NCBI GenBank assembly: GCA_903945195.1 | Contig: CAJAUT010000009.1 | Coordinates: 23,231 to 87,230 of the forward strand | Direction: 5' to 3' | Length of the DNA: 64,000 nucleotides | From: an uncultured bacterium | GTDB taxonomy: Bacteria > Patescibacteriota > Microgenomatia > UBA1400 > UBA12108 | In this document: piece by piece, positions 29,398 to 38,586 of the stretch | Layout of the letters: each line of letters opens with the position of its first letter | How positions within the stretch are numbered: position 1 is the stretch's first letter | Position numbers and translations under genes: made by a program | Notes under the pieces: model-generated | What the model was told of the DNA's origin: nothing | The model's database searches: none | Seen by the model: the letters and a program-made list of their open reading frames with translations, nothing else

Positions 29398-29414
29398 GAC
29401 TGTATACTCAAGAG

Positions 29415-29888
29415 ATGAAGAAGAATTTGGGATTTGGGGAGGCAATAGAGTTATATTTGCGCAAAGTGGTAGGTAGGTCTCCCCTCCCCCGCCTGCAGAA
29501 GCTATGCTTCAAGCATTGCGGGCAGGCCTGGCCGGTTATCGGGATAAGTCTAATCATCATAGTGTTTGGAGTTTCTTTAAAGTACTCAAAAGATTCGGTG
29601 GTGGGAGCTAGAAATATCAAAGATGTGGTCGAAGTGGCGGCGAGGCGTGGCGATTATGCTACTGCCAGATTTTTGTGGGATGATTCGATGAGTGATCTAG
29701 AAGACATGGTATATCCTGAAAGAAAGATCACCAAGAGAATTGAGGAACTCACACAAAATCTAGAAATGTACCCTGAAAGCAGAGAGATATACCAAACAAT
29801 AGCGGAGCTATATAAACAGATTGGGAATGAAGAAAAAGTTCAAGAATATAGAGAAAGAGCGAGGATTTTGGATCCGAATGAACTTTAG
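29415..29888 (+). CDS. Hypothetical membrane protein
   Basis: 157-aa ORF with one hydrophobic helix and a TPR-like C-terminus; no recognisable motif. Confidence 0.3.
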   Translation: MKKNLGFGEAIELYLRKVVGRSPLPRLQKLCFKHCGQAWPVIGISLIIIVFGVSLKYSKDSVVGARNIKDVVEVAARRGDYATARFLWDDSMSDLEDMVYPERKITKRIEELTQNLEMYPESREIYQTIAELYKQIGNEEKVQEYRERARILDPNEL

Positions 29889-29895
29889 TACCAAT

Positions 29896-29982
29896 AAGGT
29901 CTGACCTGGTCTCCTGATTGTGTTTTGAAGTCGACTAAACATCCTTCGGCAAGCTCAGGATTTCCTTAGCAGGTCAGACCTT
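29896..29982. repeat. MITE-like palindromic repeat, family A (copy A2), intergenic
   Basis: aaggtctgacctggtctcctgattgtgttttgaagtcgactaaacatcc...ttagcaggtcagacctt, about 87 bp. Confidence 0.8.
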
Positions 29983-30019
29983 CAGGACAATTACTCTTTT
30001 CCTTCGACAAGCTCAGGAT

Positions 30020-30679
30020 CTATGATTTGGCTTCAGGAGCAGCGGCTTCTGGTTTGGCTTCACCTTCTGCAGGAGCAGCCTCACCTTCAGCAACTGGAGC
30101 GGCTTCGACAACCTCTTCTTTGGCTGGCTCTTGGACGGTGGCGATGAGTTCTTCATCTTCGATCATGAGAGTCACCTTGGAGCGATCTATCTTTAGATCT
30201 TTAGCGTGGATGCCGTCGCCTAGGGCTTTGAGGACTGAGATGTCGACTTCGATAGAGTCTGGGAGATCGGTTGGGAGAGCTTCGACTTCGACTTCGTTCT
30301 TCATCATGGCTAGGATGAGGCCGCCAGACACAGCTTCGGATTCACCCACGGCGTGTAGAGGTACGGTCGCGGTGGTCTTTTGCTTCAAGTCAACTTCGTG
30401 AAAATCAACGTGGAGCATTTTGCCAAAGACTGGGTCTTGAGCGTAACCAGAAACTAGAACTGGATGAGCTTTGTCGTCACCTTTGACTTTGAGGTGGATG
30501 AGACCAGTTTCACCAGCTTTGCGCATGGTGTCTAGGAGGATATTGCTCTCGAGTTCGATGGCAATGGAGTCCATTTTTTTGCCGAAGATATTGGCTGGGA
30601 CTAGACCTTTATTTCTGAGCTGTTTGGTCTTGCGGCCAAATAAGGTTCTTTTTGCTGCGTTTAGTTCAAAAGTTGTCAT
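30020..30679 (-). CDS. rplY: Ribosomal protein L25/general stress protein Ctc
   Basis: L25/Ctc N-terminal and beta-barrel domains with a low-complexity Ala/Glu/Pro C-terminal tail; 219 aa. Confidence 0.8.
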   Translation of the reverse strand: MTTFELNAAKRTLFGRKTKQLRNKGLVPANIFGKKMDSIAIELESNILLDTMRKAGETGLIHLKVKGDDKAHPVLVSGYAQDPVFGKMLHVDFHEVDLKQKTTATVPLHAVGESEAVSGGLILAMMKNEVEVEALPTDLPDSIEVDISVLKALGDGIHAKDLKIDRSKVTLMIEDEELIATVQEPAKEEVVEAAPVAEGEAAPAEGEAKPEAAAPEAKS

Positions 30680-30725
30680 AGGTCCTCCAAGTTATGTATT
30701 GTGGCGTGATTATACCAGATTCGAG

Positions 30726-33512
30726 TTATTTGGTGAATTTCACGGTTATTCTATGATCTGTGTCGTTTTTCATGTCAAATTTGAGCTGCTGGGTGGAGAT
30801 GTCGCTTGCGGGTGAGACTACGGCAGGACTTAGATACATAGGATAGTTTAGATAAACGGTGAGACCGTCTTTGCTAGAAGTGCCAGACTGCTTTTGGTAA
30901 TACCACGTATAAAGAGGTGCGTCTCCACCTGGGATTTGGGGGGTCGTATAGGCAACTTCAACTAAGGATTTACTAGAGATGGGGACAGTGAAGAGATAGG
31001 CTACGACTGTTTTATTGTGTTCGACACTTAATGTGTAGTCTTTGTTTTCGAGAGTTTTGCCGTCTATTTTGATTGTGGCAATACTTGATCCCTCTGGGAG
31101 GTAGAGTCTCTGGTAGTTTTTGTAGGCACCAGCTGGCCAGGCAGTAGAAGTAGAGGAGTTTTCGTAGGCGATACGTAAGGTGTGGGAAACGGTTAAGTTT
31201 TTCTCTAGAGTGATGACGGCTTCGATATTTCTTTTGATAAAGAAGTTGGCTTTGTTGACTCCAAAATTGCTGTCTACGACCATGGCATAGTCTTTGTAGC
31301 ATCCTAAAGTACTTGGACACGGGAGATCATTGATCTTGCCGTTCCAACCTAAGGTTTCAAAGATCTGATCGGAAGAGGGATTGACTAGGGAAATGAGCGT
31401 GTTTTTTTCTTCAACTGAGGTGGTGAGGGCGTTTAACAATTGCATCCCCTGCCCTCCTTCTAGCTCTGGCAGTTTGGCAAAGAGAGTGTTGGCTACGGTG
31501 CTTAAGAATTCTTTTTTCTGGGTGCTGCCTGGGAAGAAATTGACCTCGGCGTGGAACTGAGCTCTTTCGTAGAGATTGTCGGCCGTAATCGTCTCGTCGT
31601 AGTCGGCAATTTTTAGCGGCCCGGTGGCGCTAAGCAAACTAGAGAGTGTGTTTACGTTTACGGCGATGGTGCCATCTAGATCTAGATTCAGAGTCTTTTT
31701 CATGAACCATTCTGCACGACGGGCGCTTGTGGGAAAATCGGGATCAAAGTTACTATCTCTTAGATACCAATTAGCTTCACCCAAGATGTCTTTGATGGGC
31801 TTTGGGGGTTCTACGTGCCCTTTTAGTTGGCCGTCGGCATCATAAACGTCGTAGATAGGCATGTCATAAAGCTTGCCGTTTTCGAAGCTCAAGACAGCAA
31901 AGGAACCGATGAAACCGCCCGTGGCGCGAAGTTCCATGTTGTTTTGGAATAGAACTGCATATTTGCGCCGACCTCCCAACCCGATAATGTCTGGAGTAGA
32001 AGCCAAGACGGCACGCGAGGTAGTGATGGTGCGCTTGAGAGTAGAGATTTTTGCTTTGGTATTTTTGTAGGAATCTGCATATTTTGTGGGAATAATACTG
32101 GGCATAGTTTGTGGCATAGAACCATCTAGAAGTGAGAGTTTTTGATAAAGCTCTTCGGCTTGTAGGCGTGAAAGGCTAATGACTTGGGCTATGTCTGTTT
32201 CGCCGCTGCCAAAAATATATTTTGATAAACGAGAAGTTGTGCCACTCAATTTGCGCGCTGTATCAAACACTTCTAGTGATTGGACATAAACATCTAAAAG
32301 TAGACCAACCTCCCCTACTTTGGTGTTTTTGGACAAACTCGCGGCAGAAGTGAATGCAATCCAGTTGGCTCTCGTATACGATACGCAAAAACTATTTAGC
32401 TTGCTAGGAGAAGGGAGTTCTTTTTTGATTATCACTTGGTAAATGTTTTTTAGAGACAACATTGATATCGTAGTGGTAAAAGCTATGGTTCCCAAATAAA
32501 GCCCAATTGCAATAAATAGACCCCTGGTAATTATGGTTTTAATACTTGGAGGGCCGGTTTTTGTGGTCTTTTTGGGGAAATGAATACCTAGAGATATTTT
32601 TGGTAATTTGCGCCTATTTTGAAGTGGTACAAAGACGGCGCTTGGGGCTTTTAATGGAGTTAGTTTTTTTAATGGTGCAAAGACCTCTTTTGGAACTTCT
32701 AGTTTTGGCAATGGTGAACTAGAAGCTGGCACTGATTCTTTGACCACTGTGGGTGTTGGGTTAGCTTGTGCCACTATGGGTGTGAGTGATTTGAAAAAAT
32801 TCTTTATATATACTTCTGGATTTTCGACAAGTGTATATTTTAAGTTTTTTATAGTCTCTTCGTAGACCTTGCCATCAAACTCCCCTCCCCCATCTCCACC
32901 ATTTATAAATTTGAGATCAATTTTGAATGAGAGACTGGTTCGCACTAAATACGCCAAATTCAAGATCGAAGTACCTGATGGATTGCCTAGTAAAAAGGTG
33001 CTTTCTTCTCTAGAAGGCAATAGTATTGCCTGTACAATAAGTTGTCCTAGATCCTTGATCCCAAGTAGACTAATCTCGTCTAACCCATCTCCCATTATCT
33101 CTATCGTTTTGTTTTTGGTGACGCTTGAAATCCAAGACTCTAACAAACTAGACTCGTACTCCCCTTCTCCCACATAGTCGCTATAGACAATCTTTGTTGA
33201 AGTTGGAGACAGCGCGGAGTCCGAAATTTTTTCTGAGTGATGCCTAATGCGGATTAATTTTGACTCACCAGACGTAACTAAAGTATTTATAGTACTTTCG
33301 AAAATTTTTTTTTCATAACCTTCAAAAACTAGGATAAAGTCCAGATCATGAGAGTCTCTTAAAGTTTCTACCTGTTCGTGTGAAACTGGAGAAATAGCCG
33401 TGATTCCATGAGCTTTTAAAACATTGATAATCCCCTCTTTTAGATCTGAAGGTCCACCAAAAATCAAGGTCCCCTGTTCCCTAGTTTCTACTGTAAATGA
33501 ACGAGATGTCAT
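30726..33512 (-). CDS. Large membrane-anchored hypothetical protein (N-terminal Rossmann-like domain, one TM, about 600-aa extracytoplasmic domain)
   Basis: 928-aa ORF; N-terminal region is epimerase/Rossmann-like; central TM helix (LFIAIGLYLGTIAFTTTISML); no catalytic motif recognised. Confidence 0.45.
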   Translation of the reverse strand: MTSRSFTVETREQGTLIFGGPSDLKEGIINVLKAHGITAISPVSHEQVETLRDSHDLDFILVFEGYEKKIFESTINTLVTSGESKLIRIRHHSEKISDSALSPTSTKIVYSDYVGEGEYESSLLESWISSVTKNKTIEIMGDGLDEISLLGIKDLGQLIVQAILLPSREESTFLLGNPSGTSILNLAYLVRTSLSFKIDLKFINGGDGGGEFDGKVYEETIKNLKYTLVENPEVYIKNFFKSLTPIVAQANPTPTVVKESVPASSSPLPKLEVPKEVFAPLKKLTPLKAPSAVFVPLQNRRKLPKISLGIHFPKKTTKTGPPSIKTIITRGLFIAIGLYLGTIAFTTTISMLSLKNIYQVIIKKELPSPSKLNSFCVSYTRANWIAFTSAASLSKNTKVGEVGLLLDVYVQSLEVFDTARKLSGTTSRLSKYIFGSGETDIAQVISLSRLQAEELYQKLSLLDGSMPQTMPSIIPTKYADSYKNTKAKISTLKRTITTSRAVLASTPDIIGLGGRRKYAVLFQNNMELRATGGFIGSFAVLSFENGKLYDMPIYDVYDADGQLKGHVEPPKPIKDILGEANWYLRDSNFDPDFPTSARRAEWFMKKTLNLDLDGTIAVNVNTLSSLLSATGPLKIADYDETITADNLYERAQFHAEVNFFPGSTQKKEFLSTVANTLFAKLPELEGGQGMQLLNALTTSVEEKNTLISLVNPSSDQIFETLGWNGKINDLPCPSTLGCYKDYAMVVDSNFGVNKANFFIKRNIEAVITLEKNLTVSHTLRIAYENSSTSTAWPAGAYKNYQRLYLPEGSSIATIKIDGKTLENKDYTLSVEHNKTVVAYLFTVPISSKSLVEVAYTTPQIPGGDAPLYTWYYQKQSGTSSKDGLTVYLNYPMYLSPAVVSPASDISTQQLKFDMKNDTDHRITVKFTK

Positions 33513-33731
33513 ACATCAATCCTAACACGTTAAGACATCTAGAATGAAGACAAATACTAATGTTTTTACGTTTTTATTGTGCGTTTCTTCCAGGCCTGTA
33601 TATATGTTTTTCCCTCTGTTTGTGTTCTTACGTTTTTTTGCACGTTATTGTTTGATACGAAAAATCCACGATTTAAGCCTTAAAAATGCCATATTTGTTT
33701 AGCTGGAAATCAAATTAAAAATTTGGGAAAT

Positions 33732-34187
33732 TTACTGTTGTGCATCTAACGCTTCGTTTACAAGTCCGTCGGCAACTGAGTTACCCTCTCTATAGGTATG
33801 GGAAATCTCATATTTTTTTAGCGTGGCCAGAAGCTTTTTTACTTCTAGATATTTTGGCAACAAACCAGGGTTTTTCACTTTAAACAGCCCTTTTATTTGG
33901 TTTACGATGAGGAGTGAGTCCATTTTTATGACCAGTTCGGCTTCTGGCTCGTTGTCTACCACCCATTTCACTCCGTGCAATAGTGCTTCGTACTCTGCAA
34001 TATTATTGGTGGTAATGCCGATATATTTACCGCATTTTTCCAGAATCATTCCTGCACCAGAGGTCGCTGAGGCTCCCACTGTGGCAGGCAGGCCCGCACC
34101 AGAGGTAATATCTTGGATAACATAACCATAAGCGGCAGGGCCTGGATTGCCGCGTGAGCCCCCGTCAGTGTTTAAGAGTAGTTTCAT
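33732..34187 (-). CDS. rnhA: Ribonuclease HI
   Basis: TDGGSRGNPGPAAYGYV and the DEDD catalytic pattern; 151 aa. Confidence 0.85.
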   Translation of the reverse strand: MKLLLNTDGGSRGNPGPAAYGYVIQDITSGAGLPATVGASATSGAGMILEKCGKYIGITTNNIAEYEALLHGVKWVVDNEPEAELVIKMDSLLIVNQIKGLFKVKNPGLLPKYLEVKKLLATLKKYEISHTYREGNSVADGLVNEALDAQQ

Positions 34188-35397
34188 GGGAAAAGTATAA
34201 CAGAGCGAGGACTAGAAATCCCTCGGTTAGTCCGGTATTTATGGCTGCGGCAATGGCTCCATAAGAGGGGATTAATAGCAGATTGAGGTTGGCGTTGAGA
34301 ACTGCTCCAGAGATATAGATCCCTAAAACTAGCTTGTCTTTTTTTTGACCGATGAGATTCCACATCAGTGGGGCGGTGATGTAGAAGAGGGGAAGGGAGA
34401 GAGATAAAATGCGCAGAACATTTGAGGAGAGATCCATGCCGGGTCGGACTAGATTGACCAGGGGAGAGGAGATCCAAAGTAGAGCAGCAACAAAAATACC
34501 AATTATGGCGAGAGTTTTAGTTGTTTGAGAGATTAGTTTTGCGCGGTATTTTTGCTGAGACTCCTGCATAGAGATGGGATATATCACGTTCATGACAAAC
34601 ACAGGAAGAACTAAGATGACATCAAAAATGCGATATGCAAAGCCATACTGACCAACTTCGCTCGAGAGGCGATAGACTCCTAGGATTATGGTGTCGATTT
34701 TGCTGGCTATCACACTGGCGATAATGATTAGGCCCAGAGTGAGAGAGCGACGAATAAGTAATAGAATGGGCTGCAAAGTTCCGATCACTCGCCTAAAATC
34801 GCGCAAGGATCGGAACTCAAGCGACAAAAGACAAATTGAACAAATAGCCATGGTGAGGTAGCCCAAGGTGTTGGCTAAAACCAGATAGGGGAGAGTGGGG
34901 GAGTAGCGCAAATAATATAGCGTCAGACCTGTCCCAACCAGAGAACCTATTACCACTGAGATTGTGGATTTCCAGTATGAGAGCTTGTATTGAAACCAAG
35001 AGTTGCCAGAGGTATAAAGACCCTGAAAAATGATGGCTAAGCTGCCCAACCAAAAGACTGACTTTACCTCCGAGGAATAACCTCCTGGCAAAGCTAAAAT
35101 AACCAAATTCAAAACCCCAATAACCAAGAGGGAAAGGAATATCCTGGCTAAGATAATTTTATAAACATGCTGCTGCATTTCTGAGTCGTTTTTGGAGGAG
35201 CGAATGCCTTCTGCATTTAAGCCAAAATCGATAGCTGTAAAGCCAACCGCCACCAAGACTAAAATTCTAGTTAAATCCCCATAAAGCTCGAGCCCTGCCA
35301 GGCGGATAGTGAAGTAGGTGGTAATGAGGGTGAGGCCAGCGCCAAAGAACTTGGCTACTAGCTGAGCGAAAGTGTTGCTAGCGATTTTTTTGAGCAT
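34165..35397 (-). CDS. MOP-superfamily polysaccharide flippase (Wzx/MurJ-like)
   Basis: 410 aa, about 12 TMs, polysaccharide-biosynthesis-protein-like N-terminus; contains family C palindrome copy C3 in-frame. Confidence 0.6.
   Translation of the reverse strand: MLKKIASNTFAQLVAKFFGAGLTLITTYFTIRLAGLELYGDLTRILVLVAVGFTAIDFGLNAEGIRSSKNDSEMQQHVYKIILARIFLSLLVIGVLNLVILALPGGYSSEVKSVFWLGSLAIIFQGLYTSGNSWFQYKLSYWKSTISVVIGSLVGTGLTLYYLRYSPTLPYLVLANTLGYLTMAICSICLLSLEFRSLRDFRRVIGTLQPILLLIRRSLTLGLIIIASVIASKIDTIILGVYRLSSEVGQYGFAYRIFDVILVLPVFVMNVIYPISMQESQQKYRAKLISQTTKTLAIIGIFVAALLWISSPLVNLVRPGMDLSSNVLRILSLSLPLFYITAPLMWNLIGQKKDKLVLGIYISGAVLNANLNLLLIPSYGAIAAAINTGLTEGFLVLALLYFSHETTLKH
34776..34817. repeat. Short palindromic repeat, family C (copy C3), in-frame inside the flippase gene
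   Basis: aagttccgatcactcgcctaaaatcgcgcaaggatcggaact, 42 bp; differs from C2 at about 3 positions. Confidence 0.65.
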
Positions 35398-36865
35398 GAA
35401 TGTAGTTTAGCACTGGGGATGACGTTGATAGATATAGCATAAGAATAAACATCCCCTGGGGGGAGGTGAGGAGGTAATGGTCGAAGAGGAGAAGGGGAAG
35501 GATGGGGAAGAATACTTTGAGGGTCTGACCCGGTCTCCAGATTGTATTTTGAAGTCGACTAAACATCTTGGCTGATAGCCAGGATTTCCTTAGCGGGTCA
35601 GACCCTGAGAGCAGGGCGAAAACTCCAAAAATGCCAAACCAAGATAAGAATAATGTGAAAGAGTTGTGGTCGGGCTGTAGTAGGCGGACTGAGGAATCGA
35701 CGCTGGGATAGGTAGAAATACTACTTTGGGCTCCGGTGCCAAAGACTGGAAATGAGCGAGCTACAGAAAAGGAGAGATTCTGCAAAGTGATGCGTCCTGA
35801 GCTTGAGAGATCACTGCGGGGAGGAATGATTAGAGATGGTAGATAGTAGGTCGTAGATAAAATGACTACGAAGTATATGAGTGAATATTTAATATTTTTA
35901 ATTAAATAGAAGGGAATGATGATCCCAAATAGAGAGATGGCGGCTGAGCGAGACTGAGTAAGGATGACAAGTAACACCACTGGAATCAGGAGTACCCATA
36001 GGGTCTGACCCGGTCTCCAGATTGTATTTTGAAGTCGACTAAACATCTTGGCTATTGGCCATGATTTCCTTAGCGGGTCAGACCCTTTGGCTGCAGGGTA
36101 CAACTGTAGAATTATTAGCAAACTAATTACGGCGTAACCTGCGAGAACGTTGGGGTGGGAAAAGGTGCCATAGGCTCTAAGTACGACTTGATCCATAAAT
36201 GAGCCTAGGGCGATGCCAGGAGAGCCCACAGATACCATCCGCTCGCCTAGGTAGTACATAATCCCGCCGACATAGTGACCTAGGTAGACTTGGGCCACTG
36301 CGAGGGTGGTTTGGAAGAAAAGGGAGAGGGTGAAGGCGAGAGGAATCACATAGGTTGCAACTGTAGGGTCTGACCCGGTCTCACGGCTTGTTTTTGAGGT
36401 TCGACTAAACATCTTGGCCGTTGGCCAGGATCTCCTTAGCGGGTCAGACCCTTGGGGCGAGAACGTGGCTGCAAAGAACAAAAAATACAAAAGGAAGTGG
36501 AGAGACCAGGAGAGAGTGGCGAGGGGATTCTGAGAGTAGAGGAGGTTGACTAATAATATGGGAGAAATCGCACCTATAGGGTCTGACCTTCCCGCCTTTG
36601 AGTCTGCGGGTTGGGCTCTTCCTTTAAGGTCAGACCCTTTAATCGCAAAGAACAAGATAATTAACAAGTCTAGGAAGTAAAGGGTGGGGGAGAGATAGTC
36701 GATGCGAATGCCGTAGACCAGGGTAGAACTAGGCCAGAAATGGAGACCAAACTGAGTGGCACCAAAAAAGATGATAAGGACGGCTAAATACTTAGACAGT
36801 TTTGAGAGAGATGAAGAGCCTTCTGTCTTGACCGTGGCCGTCTGAGTAACTCGTGAATTCTGCAT
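35378..36865 (-). CDS. O-antigen ligase-like (Wzy_C/WaaL family) membrane protein carrying four in-frame MITE insertions
   Basis: Polytopic membrane ORF of 495 aa. The repeat-derived segments GRAQPADSKAGRSDPIG (family B) and 3x GSDPLRKSW..AKMFSR..RPGQTL (family A) interrupt otherwise hydrophobic helices. Ligase call is by architecture and the AQVYLGHYVGG...SHPN region; the start overlaps jag, so the true start is probably downstream. Confidence 0.45.
   Translation of the reverse strand: MQNSRVTQTATVKTEGSSSLSKLSKYLAVLIIFFGATQFGLHFWPSSTLVYGIRIDYLSPTLYFLDLLIILFFAIKGSDLKGRAQPADSKAGRSDPIGAISPILLVNLLYSQNPLATLSWSLHFLLYFLFFAATFSPQGSDPLRRSWPTAKMFSRTSKTSRETGSDPTVATYVIPLAFTLSLFFQTTLAVAQVYLGHYVGGIMYYLGERMVSVGSPGIALGSFMDQVVLRAYGTFSHPNVLAGYAVISLLIILQLYPAAKGSDPLRKSWPIAKMFSRLQNTIWRPGQTLWVLLIPVVLLVILTQSRSAAISLFGIIIPFYLIKNIKYSLIYFVVILSTTYYLPSLIIPPRSDLSSSGRITLQNLSFSVARSFPVFGTGAQSSISTYPSVDSSVRLLQPDHNSFTLFLSWFGIFGVFALLSGSDPLRKSWLSAKMFSRLQNTIWRPGQTLKVFFPILPLLLFDHYLLTSPQGMFILMLYLSTSSPVLNYIHAQKNR
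35520..35606. repeat. MITE family A (copy A3), inside the ligase ORF
   Basis: gggtctgacccggtctccagattgtattttgaagtcgactaaacatcttggctgatagccaggatttccttagcgggtcagaccct. Confidence 0.8.
36000..36086. repeat. MITE family A (copy A4), inside the ligase ORF
   Basis: Near-identical to A3 (about 95 percent identity). Confidence 0.8.
36365..36452. repeat. MITE family A (copy A5, divergent left arm), inside the ligase ORF
   Basis: agggtctgacccggtctcacggcttgtttttgaggttcgactaaacatcttggccgttggccaggatctccttagcgggtcagaccct. Confidence 0.75.
36578..36638. repeat. MITE family B (copy B3), inside the ligase ORF
   Basis: agggtctgaccttcccgcctttgagtctgcgggttgggctcttcctttaaggtcagaccct. Confidence 0.8.
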
Positions 36866-37244
36866 CGTCTTGAATCATCAAGTGAACTTGACGACGCTCG
36901 GTCGAAGATAGAGGAGGGAGGACACAAGGAGCACCGGTTGATTTAACTTGGTTTTTAGCATTTTCGACCATGGTCTCTAGGGTCCCCATGCGACGCTGCC
37001 TATAACCAGCTACATCTAAGAGAACATGTTTGTGGACTTCACCGCGGTTTAGCATGAGAGAAATGATCAGCTGAAGTGAGTCTAGGGTAGAGGCAAAACG
37101 ACCGATCAGGCGTCCAGCATCTAGTTCGTCCATTTGGACGGTGATTTTGACTAGTTCGTCGGTTTCTTCGATCTTGATTTGGTCGCTTGTTATATCAAAA
37201 AGAGCTAGTAGCTCTTCTATTTTTTTCATGTCTTCTGGATTCAT
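36792..37244 (-). CDS. khpB: Jag/KhpB RNA-binding protein (KH + R3H)
   Basis: 150 aa with a KH-like core and C-terminal R3H (STERRQVHLMIQDD); immediately downstream of yidC as in the conserved rnpA-yidC-jag cluster. Confidence 0.8.
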   Translation of the reverse strand: MNPEDMKKIEELLALFDITSDQIKIEETDELVKITVQMDELDAGRLIGRFASTLDSLQLIISLMLNRGEVHKHVLLDVAGYRQRRMGTLETMVENAKNQVKSTGAPCVLPPLSSTERRQVHLMIQDDAEFTSYSDGHGQDRRLFISLKTV

Positions 37245-37245
37245 A

Positions 37246-37983
37246 TTATTTTCCCTTCTTCAAAATTTTAAATTTATAAGCATAGGTAAGTAGGGCGCCA
37301 GGGCCAGAAACTAGGAGTTGTTGGACTAGGGAGAACGCAGTGGTGATAACCCAGTAGAGAGCGAGACCTGAAGGGAATTGAATTGAGAAAATGATGGTCA
37401 TAATAGGCATCATAAAGACCATCTGTTGCTGCATGGTGGTGGCCATCTCGGCTACATCTTCTTTTTGCTCTTTGGTACCAGGTCTTTTTTCTGGTTCGTT
37501 TTCGACAGCTGGGAGAATGGTCAAAGACATTACAAACTGTAAGATGCCGGCTAGGACTGGGAGGATGTAGGTAGTATCTTTTGATTTGAGATCCCAGAGG
37601 AAAAAGGCGGAGTTTATGTCGCCCATGCCATTGCCATTTAGAGTGGCCATAAATACCTGGTAAAGGGCAATCAAAACAACAAACTGAGCAATAAATGGCA
37701 AACAGCCGGCGGCTGGGTTTACATTGTGAGTCTTATAAAACTCTAACTGTTTTTGCTGGAAGAGCTTGGCATCATGGCCATGCTTTTTCTTTAAGGAATC
37801 TAACTCTGGCTTGAGTTGAGCCATTTTTTTGGCTGATTTAAGCTGGGGGAGAGTGAAGGGGATCAAAATGCCGCGGACTACGAGGGTAAGCAAGATGATT
37901 GCAAAGCCTAGGTTGTGCCCGGTGATTTGGTACAGCCACAGCAGAGAATTTAAGATGGGTTGATAAATATAGTTGTGATACAT
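37246..37983 (-). CDS. yidC: Membrane protein insertase YidC (short Gram-positive-type)
   Basis: YIYQPILNSLLWLYQ, conserved AAGCLP and the 5-TM core; 245 aa. Confidence 0.9.
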   Translation of the reverse strand: MYHNYIYQPILNSLLWLYQITGHNLGFAIILLTLVVRGILIPFTLPQLKSAKKMAQLKPELDSLKKKHGHDAKLFQQKQLEFYKTHNVNPAAGCLPFIAQFVVLIALYQVFMATLNGNGMGDINSAFFLWDLKSKDTTYILPVLAGILQFVMSLTILPAVENEPEKRPGTKEQKEDVAEMATTMQQQMVFMMPIMTIIFSIQFPSGLALYWVITTAFSLVQQLLVSGPGALLTYAYKFKILKKGK

Positions 37984-38025
37984 ATATTGAGTTAAAAGTT
38001 TTTCAAGCTCGTCAAGTTTATAAAG

Positions 38026-38235
38026 TTATGGAATAGGGTCAAATCCGCCCTGAGACCATGGATGACATTTTAACAGTCTTTTGATAGATAACCAAGCGCC
38101 ATAGAAGAGGCCGTGCTTGGTGAGGGCTTGTTTGGCGTACAAGGAACAGGTAGGGGAGTAGCGACAACGACCCGCGGAAAGGCCCATGTTGCTGGCAATA
38201 GCTTTAAAATAAACCAGGATTTTGTGATAGTTCAT
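38026..38235 (-). CDS. yidD: Membrane protein insertion efficiency factor YidD
   Basis: [15 protein letters not shown]...[13 protein letters not shown], the signature YidD/hemolytic-domain motifs; 69 aa. Confidence 0.85.
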   Translation of the reverse strand: MNYHKILVYFKAIASNMGLSAGRCRYSPTCSLYAKQALTKHGLFYGAWLSIKRLLKCHPWSQGGFDPIP

Positions 38236-38557
38236 TTTTGATTAGATCCTCTGAAATTTTACCTTTTATTAACGCCATTGGTTTAAACATCACAATGCAA
38301 TCTAGATTCTTATCTTTGATCATTTTCCAGACTTGGTCATAAACTAGTCTTTTAAAAGAGTTACGAGCCACGGCGCGTTTATTTACCTTGACTGGGACTA
38401 TTACCGAGAGGCGAGAATCAAACTCCCGGAGTTTGATGTTGCCTGAACTCCGGGAGTTGAAGAGAATCCGGAGATGGGGGGTAGTAAATTGTTTTGCTTT
38501 TGCACGAAATTCTAGAAACTGAGTGCGCGTTGGAAATTTGTTGGATTTGGAAATCAT
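38204..38557 (-). CDS. rnpA: RNase P protein component, with a probable short in-frame palindrome-derived insertion
   Basis: 117 aa; RnpA-like RNR motif region ([15 protein letters not shown]). The family D palindrome tcaaactcccggagtttga plus a second aactccgggagtt half encode [15 protein letters not shown] inside the protein. Confidence 0.75.
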   Translation of the reverse strand: MISKSNKFPTRTQFLEFRAKAKQFTTPHLRILFNSRSSGNIKLREFDSRLSVIVPVKVNKRAVARNSFKRLVYDQVWKMIKDKNLDCIVMFKPMALIKGKISEDLIKNELSQNPGLF

Positions 38558-38586
38558 TTAGATATTATACGATGGAATATGATTTT

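Noticed and set aside
30726-33512. Calling the 928-aa protein an NAD-dependent epimerase/dehydratase
   Set aside because: Only the N-terminal roughly 250 aa look Rossmann-like, and no clear GxxGxxG or YxxxK motif could be placed. The remaining about 650 aa follow a TM helix and are unrelated, so it is kept as hypothetical.
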